DNA of 43,580 bases, taken from Methanobrevibacter sp. (GTDB lineage Archaea > Methanobacteriota > Methanobacteria > Methanobacteriales > Methanobacteriaceae). Below are positions 37,336-43,580 of the stretch, piece after piece (within the stretch, counting starts at the first letter, position 1; every line of letters starts with the position of its first letter). Below the pieces are notes generated by a model. That model did no database searches. It saw only the letters and a list, made by a program, of their open reading frames with translations, and was not told the origin of the DNA. The position numbers were made by a program, and so were the translations under genes. The stretch covers positions 1 through 43,580 of the forward strand of contig JAUNXN010000002.1 in assembly GCA_030539795.1 (NCBI GenBank). The letters run 5' to 3'.

Positions 37336-37914
37336 TTAGTTAAGATAATCTATTTTGTTTCTATCAATTTTAGCAGTAAAATTATCTATGGTTTCACCGC
37401 TTTTAACTATTTCTACATTAACATGATCCAAATCTAATTTTTTATATGATGTGTAATATCCAAAACTTATGCTGTAATCGCTATCATAATAAACATTTGA
37501 CAGCTTTTCGCTCTCTTGGCCTAAAAGAGTATTATTCTTATCATAATATTTAGTTTTAACCACATATCCCTTCATATCTGAAGGCACGTCTAAAAATAAT
37601 GCTTCTGTATATATGGTATAGCTTGTTTTGTTGTCATAGCTGCTGTCATAGTCCAATACATCCGTGATTGTCAAATCGACATGGTCAACGTCATCAACAT
37701 CTGCTGTAACGTTATTGGTGTTGCCTCCGGATGTGAGAATGAATGCCGCTCCAAAAATCAATATGACGGCTATGATAGCTAGAAATATCTTTCCGTTTGA
37801 AAGCAATCCTGAATTTTTGGCTGATGGACTATTGGAGAAACTGTAACCGCAATCCATACAGAACTTGACATCATCAGCTTGCTCCTTTCCACATTTTGGA
37901 CAAGTTTTACTCAT
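37336..37914 (-). CDS. Zinc-ribbon membrane protein with extracellular domain
   Basis: CPKCG...FCMDCG, one TM helix, then acidic beta-rich domain. Confidence 0.87.
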   Translation of the reverse strand: MSKTCPKCGKEQADDVKFCMDCGYSFSNSPSAKNSGLLSNGKIFLAIIAVILIFGAAFILTSGGNTNNVTADVDDVDHVDLTITDVLDYDSSYDNKTSYTIYTEALFLDVPSDMKGYVVKTKYYDKNNTLLGQESEKLSNVYYDSDYSISFGYYTSYKKLDLDHVNVEIVKSGETIDNFTAKIDRNKIDYLN

Positions 37915-37922
37915 ATAATCAC

Positions 37923-38813
37923 CTAATATTCCTTAACAGAACTTATTAAGTTTTCCATTTCTTCCAATAAGTTTTTAACATCCTCATTTGTCTTATCATC
38001 TGAACTTAAATTGATAACCAATTCGTTTGTCAACTCCTCAATCTGGTCGATAATAGCTTTCATATTACTCAGTTTGGCTTCAAGTTCACTTTCAATTCTT
38101 GGTGTATCCTCAGCTGCAAGATTGATGATGTTCAATGCTGAATCATGCTGATTGTAAAACATCTTATGTGAACTGTCTACCACATTCATAAATCTATCGT
38201 ATGTAAGTTGAGGCGGAGTAAAATATTTTTCAATCAAATCCTTAACGACTTCTTCCTTTACATCAAATAACGCCTTTAAGTTATTTGCCTCCTTTTCATA
38301 TTTCTTTAAGGATTCAAGACCTGTATCTTCACGAACTGGTGATATGATCTTTTGAGGCATGGCTTTTTCTTGTTTTATTGTTTCGGTTTTTGCAGTTTTT
38401 TTGGAGCTTGTCTGTTTATAAAGATATATCAATGGAAGTATTGATAAAATTAGGATTATAAACATTACTGTTTTATTTCCCCAAAAGGCGAAAGGAACCA
38501 AAATGCAAATTAAAGAAATGTAATAAACGCCTAATATACCTATGAGAGAATCATTTATGGAAAGCAAATCTGATATACCTCCGATACCCCTTTGCAGTTT
38601 GATTCTAGAAGCATCGCTGGAGTCGGGTGCATACTGAAGAACTTCATCATCTGTCAACAAACCCTTTTTCGGTTCAATAATGTATTTAATCTCAGATAAT
38701 GATTCAACACATTTAACTCTCTGCCCATCACTGTCATATGCTTTAGAGTTTTTAAAGGTGATAGGTGTAGTCAGTCTCTTTATTTCATGGATTTTTGAGT
38801 TTTCATTAGGCAT
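37923..38813 (-). CDS. Two-TM protein with C-terminal coiled coil (possible XpaC-like TelA partner)
   Basis: TM hairpin then helical acidic domain (EKYFTPPQLTYDRF); GGAGG RBS; first gene of the telA unit. Family assignment from context only. Confidence 0.6.
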   Translation of the reverse strand: MPNENSKIHEIKRLTTPITFKNSKAYDSDGQRVKCVESLSEIKYIIEPKKGLLTDDEVLQYAPDSSDASRIKLQRGIGGISDLLSINDSLIGILGVYYISLICILVPFAFWGNKTVMFIILILSILPLIYLYKQTSSKKTAKTETIKQEKAMPQKIISPVREDTGLESLKKYEKEANNLKALFDVKEEVVKDLIEKYFTPPQLTYDRFMNVVDSSHKMFYNQHDSALNIINLAAEDTPRIESELEAKLSNMKAIIDQIEELTNELVINLSSDDKTNEDVKNLLEEMENLISSVKEY

Positions 38814-38881
38814 TTTTAAGCCTCCAATGATAATATTATTTATTATCTACTTATAAACTTTTGTATTTAAATTGGTACTAA

Positions 38882-39322
38882 CTAATCAAATTCCTTTTCA
38901 AGCAGAATTGTAACCGGTCCGTTGTTGAGCAAATCAACCTTCATATATGCTCCAAACTCACCGGTTTCAACATCCACCTCTTCACCGCATTTGTCTGCGA
39001 AATAATCAAACAGCAGTGTTGCCTTATCAGGGGCCAAAGCCTTGTGAAAAGATGGCCTGTTCTTTTTAGTGTGAGCATACAAGGTAAATTGGGGAACCAA
39101 CAATAGCTTTCCGCCAATATCCTTGACTGACTTGTTCATACGACCGTTTTCATCCTGAAATATTCTGAGCTTTACAAGTTTTCTTGCAAGATAATCCGCT
39201 TCCTTTTCTGTGTCATTTTCGCCAAATCCCACAAGAACCATCAGTCCTTCATCAATTTGGCCCACTATTTTTTCATCGACTTCGACGCTTGCATTAGATA
39301 CTCTTTGAACTACTAGCTTCAT
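38882..39322 (-). CDS. dtd: D-aminoacyl-tRNA deacylase (bacterial DTD1 type)
   Basis: MKLVVQRV, LRIFQDENGRMN, VPQFTL, RPSF, TGEFGAYM, NNGPVT. Confidence 0.95.
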   Translation of the reverse strand: MKLVVQRVSNASVEVDEKIVGQIDEGLMVLVGFGENDTEKEADYLARKLVKLRIFQDENGRMNKSVKDIGGKLLLVPQFTLYAHTKKNRPSFHKALAPDKATLLFDYFADKCGEEVDVETGEFGAYMKVDLLNNGPVTILLEKEFD

Positions 39323-40560
39323 TTTGCAAATTCTCCTAAGAAATTAACGGGCTCTCCATTTACCCTTCTATCATGATATTCTGCAGTCGCTGAGAAGAGC
39401 GCATCTCCTGCAGAGTTGAGTGCTGTTTCGCATGAATCCTGAATTACTCCAATAATAAATCCGACTGCCACCGCCTGCATTGATATGTCGCTTGGGATTC
39501 CAAACAGTGAACATGCCATAGGAATAAGCAGAAGAGATCCTCCCGCAACACCTGAAGCGCCGCATGCACCGACGGTGGAAATAATGCATAAGACTATAGT
39601 GATAGGCAGTGGAACGGATATTCCCATAGTATGGCAAACAGCCAGTGTCATGACTGTAATTGTTATTGCCGCACCTTCCATGTTGATTGTTGCACCTAAT
39701 GGAATGCTGATTGAATAGAAATCCTTATCCAGACCCAATCTTTCACATAACTGCATATTGACCGGAATATTGGCGGCGGAACTTCTTGTGAAAAATGCAG
39801 TGATACCGCTTTCCCTTAAACAAGTCAATACTAACGGATAAGGGTTACGCCTTAAAGCCACACCTGATATGATAGGATCAGTTACGAATGCAACAAAGGC
39901 GATACATCCAACAAGCAATGCAATCAATTGGGCATATTGGGCAAATACTCCAAGTCCGCTTTCAGAAACAGAGGTAAATACCAATCCCATAATACCTATA
40001 GGTGCAAATTGAATGATGCCCCTCACAATAAGGGTTACTGCATCTGCACAATCGGTTATAACGTCCTTTGTAGCGTCGCTTGCAATGTTTTTAAGGGCAA
40101 TTCCAAATACGATTGACCAGAACAGTATTCCCAAATAATGACCTTCGGTCAATAATCCTATAGGATTTGCGAAAAGATCCAGAATCATGTTGGACATCAC
40201 TTCACCAAGGCCTCCAGGCGCCACTGCAGTGCTTGCATCCGCAAGATGAATAGTAACCTGAAACAGGGTACTTGCGACAATCGCCACCATTGCTGATAAA
40301 AAAGTACTGAATAAATAAAGAATTATAACAGTTTTGAATCTGGAACCAATTCCAGTTCTTGCTTTTGAAATAGCTGAAGCCACTAAAACAAATACCAAAA
40401 TTGGAGCGACTGCTTTAAGAGCGCTTACAAATACTTCACCCGGAAAACCTAAAAAAGTCCAATCAGGAACAGCTATCCCCAAAATTGTACCAATAACCAA
40501 ACCAATGACTATCTTTAAAATCAGACTGGATTCAGTCCATTTTTTAATATACTTTTTCAT
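39319..40560 (-). CDS. sstT: Serine/threonine:Na+ symporter (DAACS family)
   Basis: FVSALKAVAPILVF, AFFTRSSAANIPVN, PLGATINM, ACGASGVAGGSLLLIP, QDSCETALNS; ATGA overlap with dtd. Confidence 0.95.
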   Translation of the reverse strand: MKKYIKKWTESSLILKIVIGLVIGTILGIAVPDWTFLGFPGEVFVSALKAVAPILVFVLVASAISKARTGIGSRFKTVIILYLFSTFLSAMVAIVASTLFQVTIHLADASTAVAPGGLGEVMSNMILDLFANPIGLLTEGHYLGILFWSIVFGIALKNIASDATKDVITDCADAVTLIVRGIIQFAPIGIMGLVFTSVSESGLGVFAQYAQLIALLVGCIAFVAFVTDPIISGVALRRNPYPLVLTCLRESGITAFFTRSSAANIPVNMQLCERLGLDKDFYSISIPLGATINMEGAAITITVMTLAVCHTMGISVPLPITIVLCIISTVGACGASGVAGGSLLLIPMACSLFGIPSDISMQAVAVGFIIGVIQDSCETALNSAGDALFSATAEYHDRRVNGEPVNFLGEFAK

Positions 40561-40615
40561 GAAAATCCCTAAATAATTTTAATATACTTAATTATGGATT
40601 ACTGTAAAAAAAAGT

Positions 40616-41569
40616 TTACTGTAATTCAATATTTTCCTTAACTTCATATGTTGCATCACGGACAGTATTGGCCGCCTTTATGAAGCTTTTTTTCTCGATG
40701 TCATTCATATGAATAGGAACAATCATTGCAATGCCTTTCTTAGACATGACGGCCGGCACGCCCAATGACACGTCCTCAACGTTTTCAATTTCCCCATCCA
40801 AATAACAGCTCACTGTCAAAACTTTATGGGTATCAGTAATTATTGTTGAAATGAGGTTTGAAATCGCATAAGCAGGACCGTATTCGGTTGCTCCCTTTTT
40901 GGAAATGATTGTGTTACCTGCATTCCTAAGCTGCTCCACCAATCCTGTAATGTCCAAATCGACATATTCAACGAAATATTTTAAAGGAATACCCCCAATT
41001 GTTGTTGAACTTAAAAGGGGAACCATATTATCCCCATGTTCTCCCACAACCCTTGTGTGGACTTCAGAACTGTTAATGTTGATTTGTCTTGAGAAGTAAT
41101 TTTTCAACCTTAAGGAATCCAAGTGGTTTCCGACACCGATGACTCTCCTCTTTTCAAATCCTGATGCCTCAAGAGCGACTGTGGTCATTACATCAACGGG
41201 ATTCGTAGCGACAAGAATGATTGAATCTGGAGCATATTTTGCGACTTGCCTAGCATAATAATCTACGATTTTTGCATTTGGAACAGCTAAATCAAGCCTT
41301 TTCATTCCCTTTTCACGGTGGATTCCAGCAGAAATCAATACTATCGAAGAGCCGGCAATATCATTAAAATCACAAGTGGGAGTCAACCTGCAATCAATAT
41401 CCCTTGCAGCAAGAGCATCATACATGTCATAGGTTTCTCCCTTAACTTTATCAAGGCTTTCAGGCCTTGCAACCATTACAATCTCATCAACCGTATCCTC
41501 TCTTGCAAGGGTAAATGCCACATTTTTACCTATTGTTCCGGTTGATCCAAAAATACTTACCTTTACCAT
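40616..41569 (-). CDS. mdh: LDH-like malate dehydrogenase (archaeal type)
   Basis: IFGSTGTIG, specificity Arg in GIHREKGMKRLDL, TNPVD, LDSLR, GEHGD. ATG 41569 preferred to TTG 41608. Confidence 0.85.
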   Translation of the reverse strand: MVKVSIFGSTGTIGKNVAFTLAREDTVDEIVMVARPESLDKVKGETYDMYDALAARDIDCRLTPTCDFNDIAGSSIVLISAGIHREKGMKRLDLAVPNAKIVDYYARQVAKYAPDSIILVATNPVDVMTTVALEASGFEKRRVIGVGNHLDSLRLKNYFSRQININSSEVHTRVVGEHGDNMVPLLSSTTIGGIPLKYFVEYVDLDITGLVEQLRNAGNTIISKKGATEYGPAYAISNLISTIITDTHKVLTVSCYLDGEIENVEDVSLGVPAVMSKKGIAMIVPIHMNDIEKKSFIKAANTVRDATYEVKENIELQ

Positions 41570-41740
41570 GGTATTATATTGGTTTTTATTATAAAAATAA
41601 CTTTCCAATAGATTATTTTTGCTTTATTTTAAATTATATTAAACAATTTATAAAAAAATGGGATTTTATTGGATTTGATTTAATTTAACAATAAATATTT
41701 ATCTTAAAATGAATTAACATATAATCAGAGAGTTGATAAC

Positions 41741-42391
41741 ATGGCAGATGAAGAATTAAAAATGGAAACAAAATGCTATGATGCCAATGAGTACGGATAC
41801 CTATATGGCTTGAACAAAAAGATTCCTGATGAGGAATTCGAAAAGGTTAAACCTTATTTCAGAAAATTCAAAAGAATGGACTTTGTTGAAGGAAACGTTC
41901 AGGTGACCGGAAGGCCTGAAGGATACAGATGCCTTGAAAAGGACGTTGCTAAAGTTGAAGAAATATTGGGAATTACAAATACCCTTGAAAAGAGACAGAA
42001 CAAAGTAAAGGAAGCGTTTGCAGATCCTATTAAAAAGGCAAATCTCATCGACAAGTCATATGAATGGCTGAAAATGCTCTTTGAAAAGGCAGGAACAAGG
42101 CCGGAACAGGACCTTTCAAGACTGGCAGTCCACTCAACAAAAATATATGACCCTCAGGACAGCTTCAAAAAGGGTTTTGAGAAAGGCGAAGGCGAACTGT
42201 TCATATACACCCCTCACGGAATGTGGTACATAATCAATAATTGCGGTGAGTTCGCAGACAAATCCTTGAATAACGTTAAAACCAAGCAAGGCGGAGCGGT
42301 AGGCCATAGGTTAATGTATGATGATTTAATCGACAGGCTGATTAGAATCTACACCGAAGAAAACTTATACACTGGTGAAAAGTTATACTGA
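41741..42391 (+). CDS. Hypothetical soluble protein
   Basis: 216-aa ORF with GAG RBS-like motif; no family recognised. Confidence 0.8.
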   Translation: MADEELKMETKCYDANEYGYLYGLNKKIPDEEFEKVKPYFRKFKRMDFVEGNVQVTGRPEGYRCLEKDVAKVEEILGITNTLEKRQNKVKEAFADPIKKANLIDKSYEWLKMLFEKAGTRPEQDLSRLAVHSTKIYDPQDSFKKGFEKGEGELFIYTPHGMWYIINNCGEFADKSLNNVKTKQGGAVGHRLMYDDLIDRLIRIYTEENLYTGEKLY

Positions 42392-42407
42392 TTTCACCAA
42401 CTTTTTT

Positions 42408-42797
42408 TTAATTATTTGATCTATCAACTATCCAACCCAATGCATATCCAACAAGATATGTCGGAATCGCAAACAACAGCCCAAAGAGTATTGCTGCTAT
42501 GAATACTGCACCGGATGAGGCTGTAGCGGAACCCATGGAAATTCCAAAAAGAAACATTACAACAAACATGCCTATGCTCAATGATTTTGCCTTTGCAAGT
42601 CTGAGCTGGCCTGTGTATTTATCTGTCTTATAAAATAGCTTAGATATGATTGAGTTCTGATTATTGTTTACAAGAACTTTTACTTCATCACTTTGCTTTT
42701 CTTCACTTACAGGCAATGATATAAACTCCAAACCGCAATTTTTGCAGAATTGGGCTTCATCTAAATTTTCACATCCGCATTCACGACAATACTTCAT
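42408..42797 (-). CDS. Zinc-ribbon membrane protein
   Basis: MKYCRECG...FCKNCG then two TM helices; ATG 42797 follows GGTGG. Confidence 0.85.
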   Translation of the reverse strand: MKYCRECGCENLDEAQFCKNCGLEFISLPVSEEKQSDEVKVLVNNNQNSIISKLFYKTDKYTGQLRLAKAKSLSIGMFVVMFLFGISMGSATASSGAVFIAAILFGLLFAIPTYLVGYALGWIVDRSNN

Positions 42798-42914
42798 GTT
42801 GACCACCTTGAATTTTTTTAACTACAATTATTAATTATGCATCTAATTAATTAAACATTTTATATTGTATGAAAAGTAAAATATAATAACAGTATTGAAA
42901 GGTGGTTTAACTAT

Positions 42915-43580
42915 ATGCAAAAAGTCATAAATTCACATTGTCATATTTATCCGGAAAAGATAGCTGAAAAAGCAGTGCTTGGAATTAGAGATTTTTACGA
43001 CTTGGACATGTCCTTAAATGGCAAATTAGATGATTTGATAAGGGACGGCAGTCAAGTTGGAGTAACACATTATCTGGTTCACTCTGTAGCTACAACACCG
43101 AAACAGGTTAAATCCATAAATGAATTTATTGCTGAAGCTGTTAACCAGCATCCTGATTTGTTCACTGGTTTTGGAACTTTGCATCCTGACAGTGAGGATA
43201 TTCAAGGCGATTTTGATTATCTGATTGAATTAGGTCTTAAAGGAGTTAAGCTCCACCCTGATTTCCAACAGTTTGCCATGAATGAGGAAAGGGCATATGC
43301 AATTGGAGAAGTCGTTGATGAGGGCAATGTTCCAATGCTCGTTCACTGCGGCGATTTTAGATACAACTATTCAAATCCGGAACATATCAAACCCTTTTTA
43401 GAAAAATTCCCTGACATAACATTTATAGGAGCTCATTTTGCAGGTTGGAGTATGTGGGAAGAAGCTACCCGCCAATTGTCAGGATTTGAAAACCTTTATG
43501 TTGACTTAAGCTCAAGCCTATATGCATTAAGTCCTGAAACCGCCTTAGAACTGATTCATGCATACGGCAGCGATAAGGTA
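42915..43580 (+). CDS. Amidohydrolase family protein (Amidohydro_2; runs off window edge)
   Basis: Not in ORF track. Manual translation MQKVINSHCHIYP...GFGTLHP...GLKGVKLHPDFQ...LVHCGD...IGAHFAG...NLYVDLSS; AGGTGG RBS. Confidence 0.9.
   Translation, partial: MQKVINSHCHIYPEKIAEKAVLGIRDFYDLDMSLNGKLDDLIRDGSQVGVTHYLVHSVATTPKQVKSINEFIAEAVNQHPDLFTGFGTLHPDSEDIQGDFDYLIELGLKGVKLHPDFQQFAMNEERAYAIGEVVDEGNVPMLVHCGDFRYNYSNPEHIKPFLEKFPDITFIGAHFAGWSMWEEATRQLSGFENLYVDLSSSLYALSPETALELIHAYGSDKV

Noticed and set aside
36844-37437. 197-aa plus-strand ORF and the other short antisense ORFs in the track
   Set aside because: Antisense to genes with clear family motifs; Ser/Phe/Leu-rich composition typical of shadow frames.
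1-43580. Prophage, IS element or anti-phage defence island
   Set aside because: No integrase, transposase, terminal repeats, virion genes or recognisable defence nuclease/ATPase; the two methyltransferases lack DNA-methylase catalytic motifs.

Overview
AT-rich chromosomal segment of a pseudomurein-walled methanogenic archaeon, most likely Methanobrevibacter. This is inferred from the Ig-repeat/pseudomurein-binding/transglutaminase adhesin, the DUF11 surface protein, GGTGA/GGAGG ribosome-binding sites and TATA-like boxes. I read about 43 protein-coding regions, including two edge-truncated genes and one small gene with a premature stop that the ORF track misses. I found no rRNA, tRNA, CRISPR array, transposase or integrase. 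Many genes look bacterial (tcdA-like, tatD, SMR, pdxK, cysK, ung, nim-like, telA, dtd, sstT). The best candidate for an undescribed system is a 7-gene locus at 14510-22596. It encodes a TagD-type cytidylyltransferase fused to a degenerate oxidoreductase, two different PLP enzymes, two paralogous GNAT acyltransferases, an intact LicD phosphotransferase and a translationally coupled LicD with a degenerate active site. I infer that it makes a CDP-activated, probably N-acylated amino-alcohol phosphate and transfers it to a cell-surface glycan. Other points of note are a bacterial-type DTD with a variant PQFTL motif, a membrane-anchored M14-like peptidase beside the pseudomurein-binding protein, a telA membrane operon, and recurrent inverted repeats at stop codons. 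All calls come from reading motifs by eye; no database search was run.
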